DNA of 32,000 nucleotides from Aliivibrio fischeri ES114 (GCF_000011805.1 NC_006840.2), one strand, 5' to 3'. Shown: positions 1 to 9,837, counted from the first letter of the stretch. The notes: a model not told the origin generated them from the letters alone. A program made the numbers and translations.

Positions 1-29
1 TGGTAATGTGTATATTATGCCGATAAATC

Positions 30-247
30 AAACTGCATCACTTACACCCCCTCCTAGCCTCCCCTTATATCGGCAGTTTCTACCAAGTTACATTGGTGAA
101 AAAGGGGAGGGACAGTATTGTGAGCGCTGCGGCTACCACGATCACTCCTGAACCCTGTAAGGGAGCTTGCGACCGATCTGAACCCTAAGCTCTTCCTCGA
201 GGACGAAGTCCGTACTCGTTTCTCGAAGCGTAGCGCACTCGTCCCTA
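30..247. repeat. Nested-palindrome intergenic repeat, copy A (right-hand part; may continue past the left window edge)
   Basis: Type-1 core hairpin in reverse orientation: CCTCCCCTT 58-66 pairs with AAGGGGAGG 102-110 across a 35-nt loop. Long-form arm CCTGAACCCTGTAAGGGAGCTTGCGACCGATCTGAACCC at 147-185. Outer module CTCTTCCTCGAGGACGAAGTCC...CACTCGTCCCTA ends at 247, 20 nt before the yiiD ATG. The same modules recur in copies B-L. Confidence 0.85.
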
Positions 248-267
248 ATCATAATAAAAGGATTTAT

Positions 268-1167
268 ATGTTTCGATTGATCACACCAACAACAGAAGCT
301 GAATTAAAAGCTTACTACCATTTTCGTTGGAAAATCTTACGTGAACCTTGGCGTCAGCCGGAAGGTTCTGAACGCGATGCGTATGATGATATGAGTCAGC
401 ATCGAATGATTTTAGATGGTCGTGATCAGCCTGTTGCCGTTGGGCGTTTATATTTAACTCCAGATAATGACGGTCAAATTCGCTATATGGCGGTTGCACC
501 ACATTGTCGAGGAAAAGGCATTGGTGCATTGATTATGGTTGCTCTGGAGTCTTATGCACGCCAAGAGAACGCTAAGCGCCTTGTATGTAATGCTCGTGAA
601 GATGCAATTCCATTCTATGTAGGAAATGGATTTACTAGCCAAGGTGAATTGAGTGATGAGAGAGGACCTGTCCGTCACCAACAAATGCTCAAACATTTAG
701 ATCCATTAGCTGATGTGCTGCGACGTCCTGACTGGTGCGCAGAGCTTCAAAAGCGTTGGGAAAATGAAATTCCAATCAGCGATAAAATGGGGATTAAAAT
801 TACCCAATACACAGGTTATCGTTTTGAAGTCAGTGCCATTTTAAATGCCAACCTTAATCCACATAATAGTATGTTCGCAGGCAGTATTTTCACCATGGGT
901 ACATTAACCGCTTGGGGAATTGTTTGGTTATTGCTAAAAGAACGAGGCTTGGATACCACCAGCATTATGTTGGTTGATAGTCATATTAGATATCGCCAAC
1001 CTATTGTTGATAATCCTAAAGGCATTACGTCGCTGAATTGTTTGGAAGGGGATTTTGATCGTCTACAATCAGGTAAGCGTGCGAGAGTGAAAGTAAAAGT
1101 CGATTTGTGTAATGGTGATAATCCTGCTGCGGAATTTACTGGAACGTTTATGTTGATGAGGGATTGA
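268..1167 (+). CDS. yiiD: GNAT N-acetyltransferase fused to a thioesterase-like (hot-dog) C-terminal domain, YiiD/FabY-type
   Basis: 299-aa ORF. The N-terminal half carries a GNAT acetyl-CoA motif (IRYMAVAPHCRGKGIGALIM). The C-terminal half (IKITQYTGYRFEVSA...HIRYRQPI) resembles the YiiD C-terminal thioesterase-like domain. AAGGA Shine-Dalgarno lies upstream of the ATG. Confidence 0.75.
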   Translation: MFRLITPTTEAELKAYYHFRWKILREPWRQPEGSERDAYDDMSQHRMILDGRDQPVAVGRLYLTPDNDGQIRYMAVAPHCRGKGIGALIMVALESYARQENAKRLVCNAREDAIPFYVGNGFTSQGELSDERGPVRHQQMLKHLDPLADVLRRPDWCAELQKRWENEIPISDKMGIKITQYTGYRFEVSAILNANLNPHNSMFAGSIFTMGTLTAWGIVWLLLKERGLDTTSIMLVDSHIRYRQPIVDNPKGITSLNCLEGDFDRLQSGKRARVKVKVDLCNGDNPAAEFTGTFMLMRD

Positions 1168-1170
1168 GAT

Positions 1171-1490
1171 TAGGGGCGAGGACGGACTTCGTCCTAAAGG
1201 TTTCAGGAAGAGCAAGAGCAGAGTTCAGATCGCTTCGCTTGCAGATTTCAGAGTTGCTCGCTGAAATTACAGTGACAAAGAATGGTTCTCCCCCTTTATC
1301 ACTATTGCTATGAGATCAATATAGTGAATACAAGGGGGAGTTAGAGGGGGTTGGTTGTGATTACTAGGTTTCAGGAAGAGCAAGACCTGAGTCCGGTTTG
1401 CTCTTCCTGAAACCTTAAGCCTGAAACCTCTTATAGTCTCTATTTTCAGATTTATACGCTGAAATCACAGCGATTACCTCTGAATCCTAA
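1171..1490. repeat. Nested-palindrome intergenic repeat, copy B
   Basis: Starts 3 nt after the yiiD stop with TAGGGGCGAGGACGGACTTCGTCC. Short-form arm GCAGAGTTCAGATCGCTTCGCTTGCAGATTTCAGAG at 1218-1252. Type-2 core hairpin: CTCCCCCTT 1288-1296 pairs with AAGGGGGAG 1332-1340. Perfect 18-bp hairpin AGGTTTCAGGAAGAGCAA 1366-1383 / TTGCTCTTCCTGAAACCT 1398-1415. Truncated right arm CCTCTGAATCC at 1477-1487. Confidence 0.9.
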
Positions 1491-1500
1491 GATCTCACTC

Positions 1501-2190
1501 CTAATCCGCCGCCTGCATTCTTGCCCACCACTCTTCATCAGCAACGATCTGCCCAGTTTCATCAAGCTGTGGTAATTCAAGACCTTTACGTTTGGCTACT
1601 TTCGCAAGAACAGGGTGGCCGCGTTCAAACAACACCTTATTGATGTATTCCTTTGGCAGCATACTCTCTTCACGATCATACATACCCGCTAAATCACGCT
1701 GACGCTGCGCTTCATATAAAATAAGCGCACTTGCAACCGATACATTTAGTGATTGCACCATACCTACCATAGGAATGATGATGTCTTGATCAGCCATTGC
1801 TAATGCTTTTTTGCTGATGCCTGTTTTTTCACTACCAAGAATGATGGCAGTTGGTTTGGTGTAATCAATTTCTCGAAAATCTACAGCTGTATCCGATAGA
1901 TTTGTCGCTAGAATCTGCATGCCTTGTTCTTTAAGCGTAGCAAAAGCATCTTCAATATTTTTATGTGTTTCCACATCAACCCAATTACGAGCACCAGCAG
2001 AAGTATGTCCTAGCATCTGCATCTGCTCTGTAGGCCAAACCGCATGAATTTTATGGATGCCTGTTGCATCAGCAGTACGAACAATCGCAGAAACGTTATT
2101 GGCTTTATGTACTTCTTCTAAACAAAGAGTGAGATCAGTTTGACGAGCTTTTAATACAGAAGTAATTCGTTGGTAGCGTTCTAAATTCAT
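1501..2190 (-). CDS. trmH: tRNA (guanosine-2'-O)-methyltransferase, SpoU/TrmH family
   Basis: 229 aa with SpoU-type motifs (NVSAIVRTADATG, IILGSEKTGIS, IPMVGMVQSLNVSVA). It lies downstream of spoT on the same strand, as in the E. coli gmk-rpoZ-spoT-trmH cluster. Confidence 0.9.
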   Translation of the reverse strand: MNLERYQRITSVLKARQTDLTLCLEEVHKANNVSAIVRTADATGIHKIHAVWPTEQMQMLGHTSAGARNWVDVETHKNIEDAFATLKEQGMQILATNLSDTAVDFREIDYTKPTAIILGSEKTGISKKALAMADQDIIIPMVGMVQSLNVSVASALILYEAQRQRDLAGMYDREESMLPKEYINKVLFERGHPVLAKVAKRKGLELPQLDETGQIVADEEWWARMQAAD

Positions 2191-2213
2191 AATTTTAATT
2201 CTTGAGATAGGTT

Positions 2214-2436
2214 GGAGGGACTAGGTTCTAGGGACGAGAAAGAGGTAGTCAAAATGGAACTAGAAACTATACGCTGCGCTAGCTAGAGACGATAAGAGCA
2301 TTATATGACTAAAGTTGAACGTCATTCTTAAATGGGTAATGCTTTTGATTTTATAGTTTCTAGAGCGAAGCGTTCTAGTTAGCGTAGTGTATAGATCTAA
2401 CTAAAAGGACGAGGTCCGTACTCGAACCTCGTCCCT
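2214..2436. repeat. Nested-palindrome intergenic repeat, copy C (between spoT stop and trmH start)
   Basis: Outer pair: TAGGGACGAG 2229-2238 with CCTCGTCCCT 2427-2436. Perfect 12-bp pair: CTAGAAACTATA 2260-2271 with TATAGTTTCTAG 2352-2363. Central hairpin: AAGAGCATTA 2294-2303 with TAATGCTTTT 2337-2346. Also contains the words AGAGCGAAGCG and TTAGCGTAG. Confidence 0.9.
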
Positions 2437-2441
2437 CGCAT

Positions 2442-4565
2442 CTAGTTCTTATGTCTACGTACTTTAAGTGCGTGTGGCATAACACGGATACGACGCATTA
2501 TTTCAGCTAAATGTTTACGATCTTTCACCGTAAGCTCGATGGTTACTGTATATAAGCGTCCATCTTTTTCTTCTGTTGAAATACCACGGATATTTGATCC
2601 TGTACCTGCAATCACATTCGCCAAATCAGCTAATGCACCTTGGTGGTTTTGGATATCAATATCTAATGCCGTATCAAATTCTTGATCGAATTCATCAGCC
2701 CATTCAACGCCCATGTACTTATCAAGTTCTTTTTGATAACCACGAACATTTGCACACTCTTCCATATGAACCACAAGGCCACGGCCAGGACTTACGTGAG
2801 CAATAATGTGATCACCCGGAATAGGGCGACAACAGTTTGCAAATGTCAGTAAGATGCCATCAGCACCACGGATTGGTAGTTTTTTACCAGTGGTGGTTTC
2901 AATGTTTGAGGTTTGTTCCGTTAATTCATCAGCAGAGCCTAATAGGCGACGAGCAATAACAATACTCATCAACTCACCTAAGCCGATAGCGGCCAGTAAG
3001 TCATCCAGTTCTGCTAATTTAAGATCAGATAAAACGTGATCAATATTCTCTTGAGATATATCGTCTAGTGATACGTTATGACCTAAAGCGTGATTCAATA
3101 GGCGACGACCTAATACTACAGAGTCTTCTCTGCGCATGGTTTTTAGCACTTGGCGGATCTTCGTACGTGCTTTTGATGTTACTACGTAGTTCAGCCATGC
3201 TGCATTTGGACGAGCACCAGGAGCACTGATGATTTCAACCGTCTGACCATTTTTAAGTGGTTTACTTAGTGGGTAAGGTTGACGGTTAACACGTGAACCA
3301 ACACAACTGTTACCAACATCAGAGTGAACGGCGTAAGCAAAATCTACAGCCGTTGCGCCAACAGGCAGTTCAAAAATACGGCCTTTTGGAGTGAAAACGT
3401 AAATTTCGTTCGGGAAGAGATCCGATTTTACGTTTTCAATAAATTCAAATGAGCTACCTGCACTTTGTTGAAGTTCAAGTAAGCTTTGCATCCAGCGTTG
3501 TGCTCGGATTTGAGCCGTTGTGCTAGAGTTATCGCCTTCTTTGTACGACCAATGTGCAGCAACACCTTTGTTCGCCATTTGCTCCATATCTTCAGTACGA
3601 ATTTGTACTTCAACAGGAACACCGTGAGGGCCAACCATAGAGGTATGAAGCGATTGGTAGCCATTGGCTTTTGGTACAGCAATATAGTCTTTAATACGAC
3701 CCGGACGAGGTTTGTAAATGCTGTGAACTTGGCCTAATGCTCGATAACAAGTATCGACATTATCGGTAATTACTCGGAACGCATAGATATCCATAATGGT
3801 ATGGAAACGCTGTTCTTTATTTTTCATTTTATTGTAAATAGCGAACAGGTTTTTCTCTCTACCAATCACTCGGCCAGTGATGCCAGCTTCAGCAATACGA
3901 CCTTCAATTTCAGAGTGAATTTTTTGGATCATCTCTTTACGGTTACCACGAGCTGACTTCACCACTTCTTTTAATACGCGATAGCGATTAGGGTAAAGGG
4001 CTTCAAAACCTAACTCTTCAAGTTCAGTTTTAATATTGTGGATACCAAGGCGATGCGCCAAAGGAGAGAAGATTTCTAAAGTTTCACGAGCAATGCGGCG
4101 ACGTTTATCAGGGCGTAAAGCACCCAACGTGCGCATGTTATGAGTTCGGTCAGCAAGTTTGATCAATATAACGCGGATGTCTTGCACCATCGCCATGACC
4201 ATTTTTCGGAAGTTTTCAGCCTGTGCTTCTTTTTTATCGCGGAACTTAAGTTTGTCCAGCTTAGAAACACCATCCACTAATTCGGCAACCGTATCACCAA
4301 ACTGCTCAGCGAGCTCTTCTTTGCTAACTGCAGTGTCTTCAATAACATCATGAAGCAGCGCAGCCATCAGCGTTTTGTGGTCGAGCTTCATTTCTGCAAG
4401 GATTCGAGCCACAGCTACTGGGTGGATGATATAAGGTTCGCCACTTGAGCGAGTTTGCCCTTCATGGGCTTCTTTTGCTACCAGATAAGATCGACGAAGA
4501 GCCTCAATGTGAGGCTCTGGCAGGTAATCTTTGGCAACATCTTTCAGGCTATCGAATAAATCCAA
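2442..4565 (-). CDS. spoT: Bifunctional (p)ppGpp synthetase/hydrolase SpoT
   Basis: 707 aa. The N-terminus aligns with E. coli SpoT as I recall it (LFxSL...YLVAxxAHEGQTRSSGEPYIxHP). HD hydrolase motif HDVIEDT is present, followed by RelA/SpoT synthetase, TGS and ACT-like C-terminal regions. The start codon is TTG at 4565. Confidence 0.95.
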   Translation of the reverse strand: MDLFDSLKDVAKDYLPEPHIEALRRSYLVAKEAHEGQTRSSGEPYIIHPVAVARILAEMKLDHKTLMAALLHDVIEDTAVSKEELAEQFGDTVAELVDGVSKLDKLKFRDKKEAQAENFRKMVMAMVQDIRVILIKLADRTHNMRTLGALRPDKRRRIARETLEIFSPLAHRLGIHNIKTELEELGFEALYPNRYRVLKEVVKSARGNRKEMIQKIHSEIEGRIAEAGITGRVIGREKNLFAIYNKMKNKEQRFHTIMDIYAFRVITDNVDTCYRALGQVHSIYKPRPGRIKDYIAVPKANGYQSLHTSMVGPHGVPVEVQIRTEDMEQMANKGVAAHWSYKEGDNSSTTAQIRAQRWMQSLLELQQSAGSSFEFIENVKSDLFPNEIYVFTPKGRIFELPVGATAVDFAYAVHSDVGNSCVGSRVNRQPYPLSKPLKNGQTVEIISAPGARPNAAWLNYVVTSKARTKIRQVLKTMRREDSVVLGRRLLNHALGHNVSLDDISQENIDHVLSDLKLAELDDLLAAIGLGELMSIVIARRLLGSADELTEQTSNIETTTGKKLPIRGADGILLTFANCCRPIPGDHIIAHVSPGRGLVVHMEECANVRGYQKELDKYMGVEWADEFDQEFDTALDIDIQNHQGALADLANVIAGTGSNIRGISTEEKDGRLYTVTIELTVKDRKHLAEIMRRIRVMPHALKVRRHKN

Positions 4566-4615
4566 ATTTCGCCCCGTCAGGTTTGCTGTTTACAATCTAC
4601 AAGAGATTATAAAGA

Positions 4616-4888
4616 TTAACGATTGTGTGTGATTGAGCTTACTGCTGCTAATTCAGCTGCGTCTTGCTCTTGTTGCTCTTGGCGCTCACGAGCATCTAGT
4701 AATTCTTTAGTGATCAGGCCTTCTTCAATTTCACGAAGAGCGATAACAGTTGTTTTATCGTTCTCTTCAGGCACTAGCGCATCTTTACCACCAGTTTGCA
4801 TTTGACGTGCGCGACGAGAAGAAATAAGTACTAGATCGAAACGGTTGCCGATTTTCTCAACTGCGTCTTGAACGGTTACACGTGCCAT
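4616..4888 (-). CDS. rpoZ: DNA-directed RNA polymerase subunit omega
   Basis: 90 aa. [21 protein letters not shown]...RRARQ is the canonical omega N-terminus. The gene lies between gmk and spoT. Confidence 0.95.
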   Translation of the reverse strand: MARVTVQDAVEKIGNRFDLVLISSRRARQMQTGGKDALVPEENDKTTVIALREIEEGLITKELLDARERQEQQEQDAAELAAVSSITHNR

Positions 4889-4996
4889 GAGGACTCCAAT
4901 TTATTAACAAAAATAGTTATATGATGAGAAAGTATACAAGTAACCCGTATAAGTTTCTAGCTAGGGTTACAAGATACTCGTAGAAATATGAAGAAA

Positions 4997-5638
<642 letters not shown>

Positions 5639-5833
5639 TTATGGCATTTCTCTTAATATACCATTTTTTTAGATATTGAGAGGAAATGCGAAGCATAGAA
5701 AATTGGGTGGCGAAGAATAGCACAATCAAGAATCAATTTGAATGAAAGAAATACGCTAATTCAAATAATAATTTTGTGTTAAATCGAGTTGGCACTATCA
5801 TTAAGGCTTAATTAATCCTCAACCTTAATAATA

Positions 5834-6274
5834 GTGGATATTTTAGTTATGCCTTCTCATCTGCCGAAATCATTTAGTAAACCGTTTTTAAAAGTCTTCC
5901 ATATTTTAGAAGCAATATTATTGGTCGCTATTACGCTAGCTACCTTATTTGCGATGGTGAACGAATTCATTCATGTTTTTGTCGAACAACAAATTCAATT
6001 AACAGACATCCTTTTAATGTTTATCTACCTTGAAGTGTTAGCCATGGTGCAGCAGTTCGTGATGAACGGTAAAATCCCGGTTCGTTATCCTATCTACATC
6101 GCTATGATGGCCATTGCTCGTTACATTACATTAGGAATGAAAGAGATTGATGCAACCTTGGTGGTTTGGTTAGCGTTAGCCGCATTCATTCTTGCCGCTG
6201 CGACGTTATTGATCCGTGTTGGGCACCATTACTGGCCATATGAAATAAACGAAAACAAACATTATGATGAGTAG
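5834..6274 (+). CDS. PsiE-family (phosphate-starvation-inducible E-like) small inner-membrane protein
   Basis: 146 aa with four hydrophobic helices. The layout and the conserved central stretch (YLEVLAMV...IPVRYPIYIAMMAIARYI) resemble PsiE. The ORF-track start is GTG 5834; an ATG at 5849 is an equally plausible start. Confidence 0.6.
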   Translation: MDILVMPSHLPKSFSKPFLKVFHILEAILLVAITLATLFAMVNEFIHVFVEQQIQLTDILLMFIYLEVLAMVQQFVMNGKIPVRYPIYIAMMAIARYITLGMKEIDATLVVWLALAAFILAAATLLIRVGHHYWPYEINENKHYDE

Positions 6275-6307
6275 CCTTAACGCTATTTTTTATTGGTAAT
6301 AATAAAG

Positions 6308-6340
6308 CGCCCCTGTAGTGATTAACTACAGGGGCGTTTT
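6308..6340 (+). terminator. Rho-independent terminator after the psiE-like gene
   Basis: 11-bp GC-rich stem: CGCCCCTGTAG 6308-6318 with CTACAGGGGCG 6326-6336. It is followed by TTTT. Confidence 0.7.
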
Positions 6341-6467
6341 AATAACGCATTGATGAAAATAACCGTGCTTTTTTGCTGTAAGGATTGTGTAAAAAAACGT
6401 AATGCTTATTGTGAAGTGAGTCGTATGCCGTTATCTTCATTCTTGTATTTATGTCTAACGAGATATT

Positions 6468-6851
6468 GTGATGCTAATTAGAAAGATAGCCACAATTTGT
6501 ATTTTAATGGCGACACTATTAGTTTTAACACTATATAGTGCGACATCTCGTGCAGAAAATTTACCAACTCAGTTCTCTGATAATCACGCTGTGGTTGAAA
6601 TTAGTCATGTTGATTTTTGTAATCTAGAACTTGGTGATATTCAATCATCAGCAGAGTCGGGGTGTTGTGATCCCGGAGGCTCTTGTTTTGAAAAGCAATG
6701 TTGTTCTCATGGGCATGCATCAAGCAGCAGTTTGGTGAGTAATTCACTGTTTGTTAATATAACGCCTTATCATTTTGTATCAGCTCCTATGGTATCTACT
6801 ACCTACTTAAGTGCTGATCTCGGTTATCTTTACCGACCTCCAATCAGTTAA
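6468..6851 (+). CDS. Hypothetical secreted Cys/His-rich small protein
   Basis: 127 aa. The N-terminal signal-like segment (ICILMATLLVLTLYSATSRA-EN) is followed by a Cys/His cluster, CCDPGGSCFEKQCCSHGH. I could not recognise a family with confidence. GTG 6468 and ATG 6471 are both possible starts. Confidence 0.55.
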   Translation: MMLIRKIATICILMATLLVLTLYSATSRAENLPTQFSDNHAVVEISHVDFCNLELGDIQSSAESGCCDPGGSCFEKQCCSHGHASSSSLVSNSLFVNITPYHFVSAPMVSTTYLSADLGYLYRPPIS

Positions 6852-6894
6852 TTCCTATCTCGTGACGATTTTGTCACACCACAATTATATCTAT

Positions 6895-6919
6895 GCGTGA
6901 ATACACGCGTGCTTTTTTT
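6895..6919 (+). terminator. Weak candidate terminator after the Cys-rich ORF
   Basis: Stem GCGTG 6895-6899 with CACGC 6904-6908, then GTGC and a 7-T run at 6913-6919. The stem is short, so confidence is low. Confidence 0.35.
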
Positions 6920-7082
6920 GTCATGCAGGTACATCAATTCGTTGATGGATTTACCTCGCTTTTTGATAGGGATCTGAAAATGTCTTTTAGATTTATTAAT
7001 TACGTATTTTTCTATTTAACTCAATACGTTTGCTTCTCATGTAATCATTCTATTCGCTCTGTATGTAAAGAAGGAGCGCATT

Positions 7083-8015
7083 ATGAATAAGAAATATTTA
7101 CCCGCATTATTGTTTGTTTCAGTGTGTTTAATTTGGGGAACAACTTGGCTGGCAATGGAGTTTGCCGTTCAGACGATTCCTCCAATCTTTGCGACTGGTT
7201 TGCGTTTTTTAATTGCTTCGCCACTATTAATTATGTTGGCTAAGTTGTTTAAGCAGTCTCTCTTTTTTCCGAAAGGAAAGAGACTTTGGATGCTGATAGT
7301 AGCAATGTTTTATTTCGCTATTCCGTTTACCTTGATGATTTTTGGAGAGCAGTATATTTCATCTGGATTAGCTTCGATTATCTTTGCAAATATGCCAATC
7401 GCTGTGATGTTTACATCCAGTCTATTCTTAGGTTTAAAGCTGAGAAAGATTCAAATCGGTGGTTTATTTATTGCAGTCTTAAGCTTAATTTTGATTTTAA
7501 CAAAGGAGATGAGTTTAGGCGGAGAGGATTATCTGCTTGGATTTTTGGCTCTAGGAGGTGCAGTTCTTATGCATGCCATCATGTATGTGTTGGTTGAGAA
7601 GTTCTGTGAGCGAGTTCCTGTACTTACGTATAATGCGCTTCCTAATTTGATCGCTTCTTTATGTTTGCTTGTCACATCTATGTTTATCGAGCAGCCAGAT
7701 GTGAGCACATTCTCTGTAGATTCGATTATGGCTGTTATCTATTTAGGTATATTTGCAAGTGTTGGTGGCATTGTGGCTTACTTTAAACTTGGTCAAGTAT
7801 CTTCACCATTTACGGCATCTATTTGCTTCTTATTTTTCCCTCTTATCGCTTTAAGCCTTTCTGTTTGGTTTGCGGGAAATAGCATATCTACCACCTCTGT
7901 TTTATTGTTGTTGCCTCTACTTTTTGGAATTTTAATCACTAAGCTTGATGCTTCTTTTTGGACTAAGCTTTTTTCACTAGGTATGGGAGAGAGAAGAAAA
8001 CAAAAGGTAAGTTAA
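7083..8015 (+). CDS. EamA/DMT-superfamily transporter (10 TM)
   Basis: 310 aa with about ten hydrophobic helices in two EamA-like halves. A strong AAGGAG Shine-Dalgarno lies 6 nt upstream of the ATG. Confidence 0.8.
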   Translation: MNKKYLPALLFVSVCLIWGTTWLAMEFAVQTIPPIFATGLRFLIASPLLIMLAKLFKQSLFFPKGKRLWMLIVAMFYFAIPFTLMIFGEQYISSGLASIIFANMPIAVMFTSSLFLGLKLRKIQIGGLFIAVLSLILILTKEMSLGGEDYLLGFLALGGAVLMHAIMYVLVEKFCERVPVLTYNALPNLIASLCLLVTSMFIEQPDVSTFSVDSIMAVIYLGIFASVGGIVAYFKLGQVSSPFTASICFLFFPLIALSLSVWFAGNSISTTSVLLLLPLLFGILITKLDASFWTKLFSLGMGERRKQKVS

Positions 8016-8040
8016 AGAGCGTATCGTTATTGATAGCGAT

Positions 8041-8070
8041 AAAAAAGCCCTGATAAGTTCAGGGCTTTTT
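8041..8070. terminator. Bidirectional Rho-independent terminator between the EamA gene and yicC
   Basis: Stem GCCCTGA 8047-8053 with TCAGGGC 8059-8065. It is flanked by an A-run at 8041-8046 and a T-run at 8066-8070. Confidence 0.8.
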
Positions 8071-8096
8071 ATTAATCTATATTTAGTAGAATCGAA

Positions 8097-8960
8097 TTAT
8101 TCAATATTCTGAATTTGCTCACGCATTTGTTCGATAAGTACTTTCAGCTCAACACCAGATGCAGTGATATCTGTGCTGATTGATTTAGATGCTAGCGTGT
8201 TGGCTTCACGGTTAAACTCTTGCATCATGAAATCCAGTTTACGACCACATGCGCCGCCTTTTTTCATAATACTGTTTGCTTCTTTAACGTGAGAATCTAA
8301 ACGATCGATCTCTTCAGCTACATCCGATTTTTGAGCTAAAAGGATCAACTCTTGTTCAACACGAGAAGAATCCAGTTCAATTTTCGCATCTTCAAATTTA
8401 GTCAGAAGACGGTTACGTTGCCATTCTAGGATCTCTGGCATACGAGCACGAACTTTTGCAGCTTCTTCAGTAATAGCATCTAAGCGTTGTACGATAAGTG
8501 TTTGCATGTTTGCACCTTCACTTGCACGAGCTTCAATGAAGTCATTTACTGCTAGCTCAAAGTGCTCAAGAAGCTCTTTATTAATCGCATCGAAATCCTG
8601 CTCAGGAGCTTCCATTACGCCTTGCCATTGCAGAATTTGGAAAGGGTTAATGCTGCCTTCGCCTGATTCAGTTTTTACCCATTGTGCTGCTTTAATCACT
8701 TGGCGAGCTAAATCTTCATTAATTTTTAATTCGCTGTTTGCTGCATTGTTTGCTTCAAAGCGTAGGTGACATTCTACTTTACCGCGAGCAAGACGCTTAC
8801 GGAAACGCTCACGAAGAACAGGTTCTAAGCCACGGAACTGTTCTGGCATACGGAAATAAGTTTCTAAATAACGTTGGTTTACTGAGCGGATTTCCCACAC
8901 AGCGTTACCCCAATCTGCTTTTACTTCGCGGCGTGCATAAGCCGTCATACTGTAGATCAT
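8097..8960 (-). CDS. yicC: YicC-family stress-induced protein
   Basis: 287 aa. The N-terminus MIYSMTAYARRE...WEIRSVNQRYLE and the C-terminal EFNREANTLASKS motif are typical of YicC. The gene is divergent from rph, as in E. coli. Confidence 0.9.
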   Translation of the reverse strand: MIYSMTAYARREVKADWGNAVWEIRSVNQRYLETYFRMPEQFRGLEPVLRERFRKRLARGKVECHLRFEANNAANSELKINEDLARQVIKAAQWVKTESGEGSINPFQILQWQGVMEAPEQDFDAINKELLEHFELAVNDFIEARASEGANMQTLIVQRLDAITEEAAKVRARMPEILEWQRNRLLTKFEDAKIELDSSRVEQELILLAQKSDVAEEIDRLDSHVKEANSIMKKGGACGRKLDFMMQEFNREANTLASKSISTDITASGVELKVLIEQMREQIQNIE

Positions 8961-9120
8961 GTAAGCGTCCTCAAATCATCAATAGGAAGGATGATGAATA
9001 AAATATCGCGATACTATAACAGATAAGCGCAATAGTGAGTAACTAGAGAAACAGGTGCTATGCTTTATTCTTGGACTTGGGTATAATCGGCGACAATTTG
9101 TCATAATCAAGGTATCTGCC

Positions 9121-9837
9121 ATGCGCCCTAGCGGAAGAACAGCTCAGCAAGTCCGTCCAATTACACTTACTCGTAACTTTACTGCACACGCAGAAGGTTC
9201 AGTATTAGTTGAATTTGGTAATACGAAAGTAATTTGTACTGCAAGTGTTGAAGAAAATGTTCCTCGCTGGTTAAAAGGCAAAGGGAAAGGTTGGGTAACC
9301 GCTGAGTACGGTATGTTACCTCGCGCAACACACACTCGTAACCGTCGCGAAGCAGCAAGCGGTAAACAAGGTGGTCGTACGATGGAAATCCAACGTTTGA
9401 TCGCTCGTAGTTTGCGTGCAGCCGTTGACCTAGAAGCACTAGGTGAACAAATGATCACTGTTGACTGTGACGTTATTCAAGCCGACGGTGGTACTCGTAC
9501 AGCATCTATTACTGGTGCAAGTGTGGCTTTAGCTGACGCAATTAATCACATGATTGCTACGGGTAAACTAAAATCGAACCCAATGAAAGGTCATGTAGCG
9601 GCGGTTTCTGTTGGTATCTACAATGGCGAAGCAATTTGCGACCTTGAGTATGTAGAAGACTCAGCAGCAGATACAGACATGAACGTTGTCATGATGGAAG
9701 ATGGCAAAATGATTGAAGTGCAGGGCACGGCAGAAGAAGCGCCGTTCTCTCACCAAGAATTGTTAGACATGCTGGCTCTGGCGCAACAGGGCATCAATGA
9801 CATTATTGAGAAGCAGAAAGCGGCGTTGGCCGAATAA
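9121..9837 (+). CDS. rph: Ribonuclease PH
   Basis: 238 aa from ATG 9121 ([20 protein letters not shown]...). The ORF-track start at 9055 adds 22 residues that do not resemble RNase PH. Confidence 0.95.
   Translation: MRPSGRTAQQVRPITLTRNFTAHAEGSVLVEFGNTKVICTASVEENVPRWLKGKGKGWVTAEYGMLPRATHTRNRREAASGKQGGRTMEIQRLIARSLRAAVDLEALGEQMITVDCDVIQADGGTRTASITGASVALADAINHMIATGKLKSNPMKGHVAAVSVGIYNGEAICDLEYVEDSAADTDMNVVMMEDGKMIEVQGTAEEAPFSHQELLDMLALAQQGINDIIEKQKAALAE

Noticed and set aside
147-185. The arm word CCGATCTGAA resembles the Neisseria DNA uptake sequence GCCGTCTGAA. It occurs as inverted pairs after genes, and comF is nearby.
   Set aside because: It differs from the uptake sequence by an inserted base. 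It is only one part of a much larger conserved module. Sequence-specific uptake is not established for Vibrionaceae. The resemblance is most likely coincidental.
1501-2190. recG is absent downstream of trmH, and dut is absent between coaBC and slmA, relative to E. coli. I considered whether these reflect gene loss caused by the repeats.
   Set aside because: There are no gene remnants or frame-disrupted fragments in the gaps. Both genes are probably elsewhere in the chromosome, and this cannot be judged from one window.
6893-7090. A 65-aa ORF lies between the Cys-rich gene and the EamA transporter.
   Set aside because: It has no Shine-Dalgarno, it overlaps the strong ribosome-binding site and start of the EamA gene, its composition is odd, and it starts inside the candidate terminator hairpin.
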